From IMG/VR virus record IMGVR_UViG_3300035670_000101, positions 29,395 to 93,394 of that record: a DNA stretch of 64,000 nt; one strand, given 5' to 3'. Of this stretch, positions 9,868 through 19,085 are shown piece by piece. The translations under genes and the position numbers were made by a program. The stretch is from a virus. Numbering within the stretch: the first letter of the stretch is position 1; every line of letters begins with the position of its first letter. A model generated the notes under the pieces. It did no database searches and had not been told where the DNA came from. It worked only from the letters and a program-made list of their open reading frames with translations.

Positions 9868-10206
9868 ATGAAACTAGAATTTAAGAAAGATAATTCATAT
9901 GTTGGTCGTAGTGATCCATTTTGGGAGCACCCTTCTTGGGATTTACTATTAAAGACGGTTGAAGATGAGTGTGAGCTATATAAGATTAAAGAGTTTTTAG
10001 ATTCTTTTGATGCTGAAATCAAATTTGTTTGGTTTGAAAACGATCCCTCTGTTTCAGAAGAAATTATAGATCAATATTTTGATGGCGATTGTGATGTATT
10101 AACAGGTTGGAATCCTATCGTACCAGATGGAAGTGGTTGGGTATTGTTATAAATTCATGATACTGAGGATGGTGCTGTGTCTTTATGGGGAAGAAATAAA
10201 TGTTAA
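9868..10206 (+). pseudogene. conserved phage protein interrupted by in-frame TAA at 10150-10152
   Basis: After the TAA the frame continues IHDTEDGAVSLWGRNKC, completing the familiar GWxLLSIHDTEDG motif, and ends overlapping the next ATG (10200). Confidence 0.75.
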
Positions 10207-10373
10207 TTGATAACTCAGATATGTTTTACGAAGATTTAGAGAAATACAAACGCCAACACCGAAAGCGTCAGAAAGATATGCGAGAAGTTAAACGTTTAAC
10301 TCGTAGTGTTGAGAGATTCTTAAAGCAAAAGACTAATGTTGATGCTGAACAAAAGTATTACTGGGAGGTGTAA
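10200..10373 (+). CDS. basic hypothetical protein (57 aa)
   Basis: ATG with GGGA RBS; MLIDNSDMFYEDLEKYKRQHRKRQ. Confidence 0.6.
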   Translation: MLIDNSDMFYEDLEKYKRQHRKRQKDMREVKRLTRSVERFLKQKTNVDAEQKYYWEV

Positions 10374-10463
10374 TGTCCTACGTTCATTACGTGACAACAC
10401 TCATGTGTGCGATCAAGCATTGTCACTGTCGCTCCAACGCACGTAATTCTTGATAGGTGTGAT

Positions 10464-10691
10464 ATGAATACAAGCAAAATTACAGGTAAATTAGTTGCCA
10501 ATATTGAAACAGATGAGTATAGTATCAACCAACATATTGATCAATGTTTGCAGAAGATTGAAGATACTTGGTCTGATGTGTCTGTAGACTACTCTAGTGT
10601 AGAAGAATACTTCTTAGAGTTGGTTGATGTTGATAGTTGGGTTAGTAAAAATTGGATCACATTTAGTGTAGAATTTAAGGAGAGTAAATAA
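10464..10691 (+). CDS. hypothetical protein
   Basis: AGGTG RBS before ATG 10464. Confidence 0.7.
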   Translation: MNTSKITGKLVANIETDEYSINQHIDQCLQKIEDTWSDVSVDYSSVEEYFLELVDVDSWVSKNWITFSVEFKESK

Positions 10692-10692
10692 G

Positions 10693-11355
10693 GTGTTTGA
10701 TTTTAATAAAGTGCGTGTTATTGGTGTGACTCAGCCTGTCGTTGATTTTATACCAGACAGTGAGGGTATTTTGAGTTACGCTGCTCGTGTTAGTAGTCCG
10801 AACAACCAAGAGAATTTTGACACAGCAAACAAGCTGTTAGACTATTGTGTTCGTAATAAGCACTATTCAGTGTTTGAGACTTGTTCTGTAACAATGGAGA
10901 TTGAAACTCCTCGTGACATTGCTCGTCAGATTCTACGACATCGTTCTTTCTCATTCCAAGAGTTTAGTCAACGGTATGCTCAGTCCACACAATTTATTGA
11001 ACGTGAGTGTCGTTTGCAGGACACTAAAAACCGTCAGAACAGTTTTGAAACTAATGATGCACAGTTGCAAGATAAGTGGAAAGAACTTCAAGAGCAAGTC
11101 CGTGTTACAGCTCAGAACAACTATGAAACTGCATTATCACTCGGTATTGCAAAAGAGGTTGCTCGTGTGTTATTACCGGAAGGTTTAACTATGAGTAAAA
11201 TGTATATGCAAGGTAGCGTCAGAAGTTACCTCCACTTCATTCAAGTTCGTGATGATGAGGGGGTAGCCCAGAAGGAAGTTGTTGATGTAGCTCGTAAGGT
11301 TAAAGATGAGTTGCTAAAATACTTCCCAAGCTTGTCTGGACAGTTGAGTAAATAA
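10693..11355 (+). CDS. thyX: flavin-dependent thymidylate synthase
   Basis: ARVS, HxSVFE, RQILRHRSFSFQEFSQRY, EVARVLLP. Confidence 0.97.
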   Translation: MFDFNKVRVIGVTQPVVDFIPDSEGILSYAARVSSPNNQENFDTANKLLDYCVRNKHYSVFETCSVTMEIETPRDIARQILRHRSFSFQEFSQRYAQSTQFIERECRLQDTKNRQNSFETNDAQLQDKWKELQEQVRVTAQNNYETALSLGIAKEVARVLLPEGLTMSKMYMQGSVRSYLHFIQVRDDEGVAQKEVVDVARKVKDELLKYFPSLSGQLSK

Positions 11356-11443
11356 ATTTAAGGGTGTAATACTAAGATGATTCTTCATCAAAGGTGTTGC
11401 ACTCTTTTTTGTTGTGTGTATAATTGAATACATATTAACTTAA

Positions 11444-11764
11444 TTGGATACTGACATGGAAACTAAAGAACTTTTACTTAAAGAGTTGAAAAACATAAAC
11501 CCTAATAAGTGTGATATTAAGATCAGTCGTAATACTGATTACTCTCTTTTATTTAGCACAACAAGTCAATCCTTAAAGTGTGTAACTTACATCTCCATTA
11601 TTAGTGATTGTCTTACAGCTACTATTTCTAGTAATGATGGTGCGTCTTTTTCTATTTACAATAAAGGTAACGTATTAGATTCTAAGAGTTATTGTATCGA
11701 ATGTGAAGGGTTGTTCAAAGAGGTTTATGATGCTATCAAACATTTGTTAATTGTTGATGTGTAG
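11444..11764 (+). CDS. hypothetical protein
   Basis: ORF downstream of TTGCAC/TATAAT promoter; start may be ATG 11456. Confidence 0.65.
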   Translation: MDTDMETKELLLKELKNINPNKCDIKISRNTDYSLLFSTTSQSLKCVTYISIISDCLTATISSNDGASFSIYNKGNVLDSKSYCIECEGLFKEVYDAIKHLLIVDV

Positions 11765-11781
11765 GGTGGGGGGTAGTTTAA

Positions 11782-11979
11782 ATGAGTGATGATAATAATA
11801 CACAAAAACAACGAGTGTTTGAAGTTGGTGAGTGGTGTAGGGTAACTAAAGGTTTTTATCGTAATCATAAATGTTGGTGTTCATATAAAATTGATTGCGA
11901 TGTTATTGGAAGTATGTTTTACTTAGAATCACTAGGGACATACTTTAGTGAAGATTATATTACGTTTAATGTTGAATGA
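11782..11979 (+). CDS. hypothetical protein
   Basis: ORF track; G-rich RBS. Confidence 0.6.
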   Translation: MSDDNNTQKQRVFEVGEWCRVTKGFYRNHKCWCSYKIDCDVIGSMFYLESLGTYFSEDYITFNVE

Positions 11980-12000
11980 TTTAAATTTAGGAGAGTTAAA

Positions 12001-12174
12001 ATGGCTAAACAAAAGCAAGATAACAAGACTGTTGATATTGAGCTGTTAATCCTACGAGATAAGATTGAAGAGCTTATTGATAAGTATGAAAGTAATTCGA
12101 ACGGAATGGATATTATTACTCAAACGTGGTGTCAATCAATTACTATAGACTTGAAAGGGTTATTGGAGAATTAG
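12001..12174 (+). CDS. hypothetical protein (57 aa)
   Basis: AGGAG RBS; abuts next ATG. Confidence 0.7.
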   Translation: MAKQKQDNKTVDIELLILRDKIEELIDKYESNSNGMDIITQTWCQSITIDLKGLLEN

Positions 12175-12558
12175 ATGAATATTAAACTGAAAGACAATTG
12201 GGTGCTAACAAAGAACCCTAACAATATTATTCTTGGTAAAGTTACTAAGCGGAAGAATAAACTTGGAGAGATGGAAGATCACATTCAAAACATTGGGTAC
12301 TATACAACCCCATTTAACGCTGTTTTAGGCTACTTAAAGTACGGTATTAGGGATAGTAGTGCTGAGAGCTTTACAGAGCTAGAACAAGCTTACAATGAGC
12401 TTATCGCTAGTGTTTCTAAGGGTGTTGGTGAATGGTGTAGTGAGCAAGATAAGATTCAAACTTTAGAGCTAGAGAATAAGACTTTGAAGAGTAAACTTGA
12501 TTTGTTGCAACACATGTATGATAGCTTAAGGTTTAGATTGGATGGGTTGGAACAGTGA
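12175..12558 (+). CDS. hypothetical protein
   Basis: GGAG RBS; IGYYTT motif; coiled-coil tail. Confidence 0.75.
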   Translation: MNIKLKDNWVLTKNPNNIILGKVTKRKNKLGEMEDHIQNIGYYTTPFNAVLGYLKYGIRDSSAESFTELEQAYNELIASVSKGVGEWCSEQDKIQTLELENKTLKSKLDLLQHMYDSLRFRLDGLEQ

Positions 12559-12866
12559 GAAAAGACTTTAGAGATTGTGAAGATGATGGTTCAAAGCATG
12601 TGTTTTTGGTTGGCACGGCTGTTGTCTTTTCATTTGTGATATTCCTACCACTACTCTTTATTTGGGGTTCTAGTAACAGCAGTTCGAGTGTTGATGATTT
12701 AAAACCTAAACTTTTAGATACGAACTCAATAGGTTGTTCAAAGTATCGTTACAAAGGTAGTGAGTATTGGGTTTGTCCTAAAGAGTTGAACATTAATTCT
12801 GTAGAGGTTACTTATCGTAACGGTAGAACCTCTAGAACTGAGTTGGAACCTGTTTTACAAGAATAG
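12555..12866 (+). CDS. single-TM membrane protein
   Basis: N-terminal hydrophobic helix; GTGA overlap. Confidence 0.7.
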   Translation: MRKDFRDCEDDGSKHVFLVGTAVVFSFVIFLPLLFIWGSSNSSSSVDDLKPKLLDTNSIGCSKYRYKGSEYWVCPKELNINSVEVTYRNGRTSRTELEPVLQE

Positions 12867-12888
12867 GTGTTAAGTAGGAGGGTTTAGG

Positions 12889-13050
12889 ATGTTGAAAAGT
12901 GAGGTTTTATTTGATGGAAACTTGATCTATGTAAACGGCTTGGTTATTGAGCGTGGAAAGTTTGATTATTATGTGACGAACAGTGATGAAGATGTTTTAC
13001 TGGAGTGGGTTTCTATTGAGGAAGCTGTGAAGTTTTGTTTGGAGCAATAA
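12889..13050 (+). CDS. hypothetical protein (53 aa)
   Basis: GGAGG RBS. Confidence 0.6.
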   Translation: MLKSEVLFDGNLIYVNGLVIERGKFDYYVTNSDEDVLLEWVSIEEAVKFCLEQ

Positions 13051-13055
13051 AACTA

Positions 13056-13084
13056 TTGACCATTTAAAACAACTCTGCTATCTT
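13056..13084 (+). promoter_or_regulatory. sigma70-type promoter
   Basis: TTGACC-17-TATCTT with TG extension, followed by CATAC. Confidence 0.65.
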
Positions 13085-13117
13085 ACTCTCATACACAAAC
13101 ATATCAGGAGAAACACA

Positions 13118-13411
13118 ATGAACATCAATGAAATTACATTTGAAGTGAAAGCTGTAGAGGGTACAGAGTTGTTCGAATACAAATTTAAGAATGTACCAGA
13201 TTATGAAACTATTACTTTCTACATGGATGAAGATGTAAATGCTACAACCCTTGAGGAATTACTTGCGGGTTTGAGTATTATTAACCCACATCATTTCCGT
13301 AGTATGTCTGGTGCATATAACACACCCTTAGGGCGATTAATGATTAATGGTGATCATAATCTTGGTAGTTATGAAGCATTATTAGAAGTTGTTGAGATGT
13401 ACTCTGAATAA
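13118..13411 (+). CDS. hypothetical protein
   Basis: AGGAG RBS; own promoter and terminator. Confidence 0.8.
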   Translation: MNINEITFEVKAVEGTELFEYKFKNVPDYETITFYMDEDVNATTLEELLAGLSIINPHHFRSMSGAYNTPLGRLMINGDHNLGSYEALLEVVEMYSE

Positions 13412-13435
13412 TAATATGCCAACTATGTAACACAG

Positions 13436-13457
13436 GGAGCTATAAGCTCCTTTTTTA
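13436..13457 (+). terminator. intrinsic terminator
   Basis: ggagc-tataa-gctcc-tttttt. Confidence 0.7.
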
Positions 13458-13560
13458 ATGTCTGTAAGAAAGCTAATGGGTAAATCTTTGTGTTTGCGAT
13501 ACACAGACAACAAGTTGTATAACCGTTTGTCGGTTGTTTGTAAAATGGTTAAAAAACATA

Positions 13561-13589
13561 TTGCACAATTTAAAGTTTAGTTTTATATT
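13561..13589 (+). promoter_or_regulatory. sigma70-type promoter
   Basis: TTGCAC-17-TATATT followed by CATAC. Confidence 0.65.
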
Positions 13590-13653
13590 TAATTCATACC
13601 AGCAATACTTCAAAGAAGTTTGTAATGTAAATAAAAATTAGGAGTAATACATC

Positions 13654-14586
13654 ATGGTTAAAACATTAAACAAAACAAATGTAGCAGCAAAAGACATTAA
13701 GCAATTCCTCATGTCAGGTGAAGCTAAAGTAGATTTCCTGAACAATGGTAAAGATATGGTTTATCGTATCGAAGGAGTTGAAGATTTAGATGTTGCTGCA
13801 CAGGGATTCATCATTGATCGTGGAGAAGTTAAATATCCTAAGCTTAGTAACGATACTGTGTATATTGGAAGCAGGGATGGATTCTCATCCATCAACATCT
13901 CTTTTAAAACCTTAATCTGCTTACTTAATGGTTATCTACCTAAAGGTGGTCAAGTGTTAAGTTTGAAAGATAACAAGTTTGGATATGCTCCACACAACTT
14001 AGTGTTAAGAAATAAGTTTACTGATGAAATTTCACCAATAGACATTCTTGAGAAAGTTGGAAGTGTTCAGGCTGAAGATTCTGAGAGTGCTGGAGACACT
14101 AACACTAGCGAAGATAATAACCCTAGTGAAAACATTAACCTCATTGGTGAATACACAATGTACACCAAGAAAGAAGTTGTGAAGGAATATGTGACAGAAG
14201 ATGGTGCTGCATTTCCAACCAAAGAACTTGCTGAGTGGCATCAAGAGAATGTTGCAGAAGCTAAGAACCTTGCTCAAGTTGTCTTGGACTACAATGGTGG
14301 TTATCAATTAGCTGAAAAGGTATTCCAAGAGAAAGTGAAATACAATAAAGCTAAACCTTATGAGCACTTCCGTGATGTAATGGATGCTAATGATGGTGTG
14401 GTTGAACGTGATTCTAAAGAGGTTGTTAAGTTTAATCCTTTCACCATAGGTGGCGTACCACATTTTGCATACTTGTTCAGTAATAAGCAATACACGCAAA
14501 CTAAGGCTGATGAGATCATTGATATGCTGAAGTTAGCTCAAGAGGTGTATGAAAACTTAGAGAAGTTATCTAAAGAAACTGTATGA
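13654..14586 (+). CDS. two-domain hypothetical protein
   Basis: AGGAG RBS; acidic linker mid-protein. Confidence 0.8.
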   Translation: MVKTLNKTNVAAKDIKQFLMSGEAKVDFLNNGKDMVYRIEGVEDLDVAAQGFIIDRGEVKYPKLSNDTVYIGSRDGFSSINISFKTLICLLNGYLPKGGQVLSLKDNKFGYAPHNLVLRNKFTDEISPIDILEKVGSVQAEDSESAGDTNTSEDNNPSENINLIGEYTMYTKKEVVKEYVTEDGAAFPTKELAEWHQENVAEAKNLAQVVLDYNGGYQLAEKVFQEKVKYNKAKPYEHFRDVMDANDGVVERDSKEVVKFNPFTIGGVPHFAYLFSNKQYTQTKADEIIDMLKLAQEVYENLEKLSKETV

Positions 14587-14608
14587 CATTCTACTGACAT
14601 ACCTCTAT

Positions 14609-14632
14609 GACCTCACTTGTTGGGGTCTTTTT
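14609..14632 (+). terminator. intrinsic terminator
   Basis: gacctca...tggggtc-ttttt. Confidence 0.65.
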
Positions 14633-14818
14633 GTGCAGACAATAAATGTTCATTGTTGTGTGTTATATTTTAATTTAAAATTTTATTAATTTATTTTGTG
14701 AAAGGTATTGCTTCAAATAATGAATAGTGATTTAATAGTTTTCAAGGGGATGGGGATAATAAGAACAGGGTTGAACTTCTGTTAACCAGCCTAAAAATAA
14801 ATTTATTGGAGATGTATT

Positions 14819-15076
14819 TTGAATACTCAGCTAAACGTAAGTGAAATGATTGAAGGGTTTGTTTCGGATTCAATTTTTGATGAGATTAAAACTTTACACA
14901 AAGAGAATAAAACTTTAATTGAGATTATCGAGGATTTACCTAATTACTCTATTGCTTGCAAACAAACTATGGTGTCTGTTAAGTCGAAGAATGAAAAACG
15001 TATTGACGATTTATACAGACAATTACATAAGAATGGTGTATTTGTAAAAGAGCAGTTGACTATCCCTTCAAATTAA
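14819..15076 (+). CDS. hypothetical protein
   Basis: GGAG RBS, TTG start. Confidence 0.65.
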   Translation: MNTQLNVSEMIEGFVSDSIFDEIKTLHKENKTLIEIIEDLPNYSIACKQTMVSVKSKNEKRIDDLYRQLHKNGVFVKEQLTIPSN

Positions 15077-15135
15077 TTTAATATTTAATTAAATACAAAG
15101 CATAAATATTTTTGCAAACATTGGAGTAATATTAA

Positions 15136-15399
15136 ATGAACAAGATTCAAATGATGAAAACTTTGATAGATTCAACTAAAGGGCGGTTTTTCGTAATAAA
15201 TTTCGTAAAATCGAATGGTGAGGTTCGTAAGATGTTAACTCGAACTGGGGTTTCTAAAGGTGTGAAAGGTACAGGCTTACCAAACACTAAAGAGAATATC
15301 TTACGTGCTTATGATCTAAGTATTGGTCAATGGCGCAGTATTAACCTAGAAACTGTTCAGAAGATTAAATGCGGTAAGGTTTTGTTTGAGGAGTTATAA
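15136..15399 (+). CDS. SH3/WYL-like fold phage protein
   Basis: FVKSNGEVRKM...AYDL...WRSINL pattern common in phages. Confidence 0.6.
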   Translation: MNKIQMMKTLIDSTKGRFFVINFVKSNGEVRKMLTRTGVSKGVKGTGLPNTKENILRAYDLSIGQWRSINLETVQKIKCGKVLFEEL

Positions 15400-15401
15400 G
15401 G

Positions 15402-15572
15402 ATGAAACGTAAATTAGAGAATGGTGACTTAGTTAAAACGTCAAACTTAGGTGATTTATACTTTGTTTGTGAGAATGATGATTATGCTGTACTGGAGGAT
15501 TTAAATGGGGTTACTTACAACGTAGATCATGGAGAGTATTGGTTGGAAGGTTTATTTGAGGGGAATGTGTGA
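15402..15572 (+). CDS. hypothetical protein (56 aa)
   Basis: GGAG RBS; MKRKLENGDLVK. Confidence 0.6.
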   Translation: MKRKLENGDLVKTSNLGDLYFVCENDDYAVLEDLNGVTYNVDHGEYWLEGLFEGNV

Positions 15573-15618
15573 TGGTTCCTGTTGAGCTGTTAATCCCGAA
15601 TAGTAAAGAGCTAAAGAA

Positions 15619-16005
15619 ATGAAAGAAATTAAGAATGAGCTAGATGTTTGGTGTGCGTTCCAGAATGGTGAAAAACTTCACCTTGAAGATGTTGCTATGG
15701 CTATGTATGGAGTGGATGTTAGCTCTTACATAAAAACGGTGAAAAGGAATGATTTAAATCGATTCAGGGTTAATAAGGTTGGTTGTGATGGTACAGCAGC
15801 ACTCACACTGCAAACCCTGCATGAAATGATAGAGCCTCTTTTAAATCAAAGAGTATGGGATAAAGATAAAGGCGATCCAAATGGCTCTGAGATTGATGTT
15901 GTTTACTACTGCTCTCCAATTGAGTACACAATGGAGATGAAAGACAATATGACTCAGATTGACAAATTTTATATCAATTATACCAGCGAGTTTATTTACA
16001 AATGA
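15619..16005 (+). CDS. hypothetical protein
   Basis: ORF track. Confidence 0.65.
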   Translation: MKEIKNELDVWCAFQNGEKLHLEDVAMAMYGVDVSSYIKTVKRNDLNRFRVNKVGCDGTAALTLQTLHEMIEPLLNQRVWDKDKGDPNGSEIDVVYYCSPIEYTMEMKDNMTQIDKFYINYTSEFIYK

Positions 16006-16063
16006 ATAAATATACCCTTATCACAGTGTTAGATTTTGATATGAAATTAATGGAGGTGGAATA

Positions 16064-16306
16064 ATGAACCTAAAGAATATTAAAAAAATCGTTCAAGATA
16101 GCCCATCTTGGGCGTACAGTTACAATCCAGATACCAAGAAATACTACACTAAGTATGAAAGTTGTTTAAACGACATAACCATTAAAGATCTGAAAGAAAA
16201 AGGTATTCGCCTTATTGATAAGAAGTACAACATGTTGTATTGGATGTTCATTATTTTTAATGTTTTTCTTATAGTGGTGTTATATGGTGTTGGTGCTTAC
16301 AAATGA
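16064..16306 (+). CDS. hypothetical protein with C-terminal TM
   Basis: GGAGG RBS. Confidence 0.65.
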   Translation: MNLKNIKKIVQDSPSWAYSYNPDTKKYYTKYESCLNDITIKDLKEKGIRLIDKKYNMLYWMFIIFNVFLIVVLYGVGAYK

Positions 16307-16381
16307 ACAAACAAAAACTAATAGCGCTGATATTTTTATTACCGTTTGCACTAGCAATTATTTATGTAGGATTGATGATTT

Positions 16382-16648
16382 ATGGATTTTGATTATTATT
16401 TTAAAAAGTATGATGAAGAATACGGTTTCAATGACAGTGAGTTATGTGGTTTTGAAATTGGATTTGAAGCTGGTCAGCAAAGCAAACAAGAAGAAGTTAA
16501 CAAACGTCAAGCGCAGCTTGATAAGCTTCAAAAGGAGATTGATGCGCTTCGAGAAATGGTTAAAAAGTTAATAGATAATACGGTTCTTAGCATTGATGAT
16601 GAATTGGAAGATCAGGCAAATAACTTGCTGAGAGGAAATCAGAAATGA
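16382..16648 (+). CDS. coiled-coil hypothetical protein
   Basis: GFEAGQQSKQEE...LQKEID pattern. Confidence 0.7.
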   Translation: MDFDYYFKKYDEEYGFNDSELCGFEIGFEAGQQSKQEEVNKRQAQLDKLQKEIDALREMVKKLIDNTVLSIDDELEDQANNLLRGNQK

Positions 16649-16890
16649 CCCCAGAACAAATGCAAAAAATTGTAGATAGTGCACCTATTGATGCGACCGA
16701 TATTGACCATACTGGCGCATACTGGAAAGACGACCTGATGATGGTTGATGACAAATATCAGGAGGATGATAGAGGTTGGGCTTTGATTAAATGGCGGTTA
16801 AGTCATTTACGCACCCAACTCAATAAACATAACACGTCAGACCTAGAACCTACGAATGTTCCACACGACACAGTTGTTTTGGAGGAGTAA
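16645..16890 (+). CDS. hypothetical protein
   Basis: ATGA overlap; IVDSAPIDAT motif. Confidence 0.7.
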   Translation: MTPEQMQKIVDSAPIDATDIDHTGAYWKDDLMMVDDKYQEDDRGWALIKWRLSHLRTQLNKHNTSDLEPTNVPHDTVVLEE

Positions 16891-17478
16891 ATGAAGGGTG
16901 GCAATAGATTGGTTTATGGTTTTGGTATTACAGACATTCCTTCAGGAAAAAATGGAAATCACTCTCGGGAGTATATGCTTTGGAAGGGTATGATAAGAAG
17001 ATGTTACGCTTCCAATAGGTCTGTATTCTCAGATAACTATTTGGAATGTACGGTTTCAGATGATTTTAAGCTGTTCTCTAAATTCTCAAGCTGGTATAAC
17101 AACCAGAAGGGATCATCCATAGATGGGTGGTGTGTCGACAAAGACCTTTTGGTTAAGGGGAATAAAATTTACTCCCCAGAAACTTGCGTTTTTCTTCCTA
17201 GGGAAATAAATACCGCCATCACTACTAGCAACAATAAAAGAGGTGATATGCCAATAGGTGTGTTTTTTAATAAAAAACTTGGGAAATACTCAGCCACCGT
17301 CAGCTCAATGGGAAAGAGCAACTATTTAGGCTTGTTTAATACACCAGATCAAGCGTTTTTTGCCTACAAGTCCAAAAAAGAGGAGTTAATGGCTGGATTA
17401 GCTAAAAAGTACATCGATCAATTGTCTGAAAAAGCATACAACGCATTGATAGGATTCAACGTCGACATAAGCGACTAA
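16891..17478 (+). CDS. HNH-variant homing endonuclease-like protein with AP2-like tail (copy 2)
   Basis: WKGMIRRCY...VDKDLLVKGNKIYSPETCVFLP..IN; YLGLFNTPDQAF. Confidence 0.75.
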   Translation: MKGGNRLVYGFGITDIPSGKNGNHSREYMLWKGMIRRCYASNRSVFSDNYLECTVSDDFKLFSKFSSWYNNQKGSSIDGWCVDKDLLVKGNKIYSPETCVFLPREINTAITTSNNKRGDMPIGVFFNKKLGKYSATVSSMGKSNYLGLFNTPDQAFFAYKSKKEELMAGLAKKYIDQLSEKAYNALIGFNVDISD

Positions 17479-17483
17479 ACTCA

Positions 17484-17509
17484 AGCCTCCCTAACGAGGC
17501 TTTTCTTTT
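17484..17509 (+). terminator. terminator at convergence of + and - operons
   Basis: aagcctc-cctaac-gaggctt-ttctttt. Confidence 0.7.
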
Positions 17510-17532
17510 GTTATTAAAAACTCCCCTGTCCC

Positions 17533-17937
17533 TCACTCCTTATCCTCTCTGAAATACCCCATCAAAGCTACTACAGCCCAGATTACTAGCCCTATAGTGA
17601 ATACAACCCCGTACATCGTTGTACCAGCTTGAAATCCGTAAGCAAAGTTTAACAGGTAGGACAGTACCAGACACCCAAATAGAAGCCCTATATGGAACTT
17701 ATCATCCTCCTCACGGTGTCTTTCTCTGCGCATCTCACTACGATCTTTACGTGTTGACCCTACCTTAACTCTGGAGTCATCACTGATGTATTGATATTCA
17801 GGGTTTTTATTCTCTCTGTACTCAAATTCGTAAGATGCCAAGTCATTAGATTTTGTTCTAAGGTTATTTCTGTTAGGTGGGTTTCTGTTAGAATTACTGT
17901 TCGCAACATTTCTTTTTTGATATGTTTTAGTAGGCAT
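17533..17937 (-). CDS. membrane protein with basic disordered N-terminus and two C-terminal TMs
   Basis: AGGAG RBS (inside a hairpin); two hydrophobic helices. Confidence 0.65.
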   Translation of the reverse strand: MPTKTYQKRNVANSNSNRNPPNRNNLRTKSNDLASYEFEYRENKNPEYQYISDDSRVKVGSTRKDRSEMRRERHREEDDKFHIGLLFGCLVLSYLLNFAYGFQAGTTMYGVVFTIGLVIWAVVALMGYFREDKE

Positions 17938-18064
17938 GAAAAAAGCTCCTATTGTGAGGAGCGTATTTTAATATCTCCCCTTTTATTATTATTTAACAAC
18001 AATTGAAACATTGTTGGATTTATAACTCAATAGGGAGTTTGTTAATACAGTAATTATGTTGTAA

Positions 18065-18454
18065 TTACAAGTATGAGAATTGTTTTACTCTATTCACATT
18101 GTATTCATCCTCTTGTTTATCTGGAATGTACGGAGAATAAACCTTGTAATGCTCTGTGAACATTTCTAAAATCCATTGGTATACATGCCACTCTATTTTA
18201 AATCCTTGATTAAGAAGTATGTGTTTCACGTTGTCTAACTCTAAATGTGTACGACACTTAATAGGTTTTCTTGATGTTATGTAAACGTGACCAACTTTCT
18301 TTTGATATGTTATGTAAATACAACAACCATAGGATTCAAGAAAACAATATTCTTTACCTTTCTTTGCTACATAGCAATATAGTCGCTGACTACACCCATA
18401 AGTCCAAACTGTGTACCAGTCCCATCCAAGCAGGTGTGATAATTCACTGTACAT
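18065..18454 (-). CDS. hypothetical protein
   Basis: GGGG RBS; operonic. Confidence 0.7.
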   Translation of the reverse strand: MYSELSHLLGWDWYTVWTYGCSQRLYCYVAKKGKEYCFLESYGCCIYITYQKKVGHVYITSRKPIKCRTHLELDNVKHILLNQGFKIEWHVYQWILEMFTEHYKVYSPYIPDKQEDEYNVNRVKQFSYL

Positions 18455-18465
18455 TTATTTCCCCA

Positions 18466-18828
18466 TTAGTATTTATAAACCTTAACCAACATACCAGCAT
18501 CTTCAGATAGTTTGATCACAGACTTTGTACCTTTACTAACTTGATCCCAAAAAGCGATCAAACACCCTTCACCGTGTTCGTTAGCATAATCTTTCATTTC
18601 CGAGTTTATAACAAAACCAGCTCTTTTACCCAACCCTCTCCAATCTGGAATAAAATATTCAACTCTAACACCATTCTCTAGTGCCCACCTTTCACCTAAT
18701 GAATCAGCACCTCTCGCTTTACCACAAACAATACATTCAATGTTAATCTTCTGCTGTGCTTTCTTCATGATCTTACACAATCTCTCGTAGTCATTAAAAT
18801 CACGACCACCAGCTATAATAACCCTCAT
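18466..18828 (-). CDS. SLOG/YspA-like (DUF2493) protein
   Basis: RVIIAGGRDF, GKARGAD, AFWDxxSKGT. Confidence 0.85.
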   Translation of the reverse strand: MRVIIAGGRDFNDYERLCKIMKKAQQKINIECIVCGKARGADSLGERWALENGVRVEYFIPDWRGLGKRAGFVINSEMKDYANEHGEGCLIAFWDQVSKGTKSVIKLSEDAGMLVKVYKY

Positions 18829-19085
18829 TAAATCTCACCTCTCAATAATAAAAACTCATGATTTGTAACTTCACAATTTAAATCGGTATTACTTTCAACC
18901 ATAGCTTTTAAAGTTTCTAACTCTGAAATCCTATTCTCATATTTACAACTATCCATTGCTTTAAGTGAGAAAGGGTTTCCTTGCTGCCACCATTTTAAAT
19001 TAAGTTTATCAAGCTCTTTTTGATACTTATTAATCTCTGCAATACAACTTTGGATAACTAATTCATTACTTAAGTAAATCTTCAT
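18828..19085 (-). CDS. hypothetical protein
   Basis: Operonic overlaps. Confidence 0.7.
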   Translation of the reverse strand: MKIYLSNELVIQSCIAEINKYQKELDKLNLKWWQQGNPFSLKAMDSCKYENRISELETLKAMVESNTDLNCEVTNHEFLLLRGEI

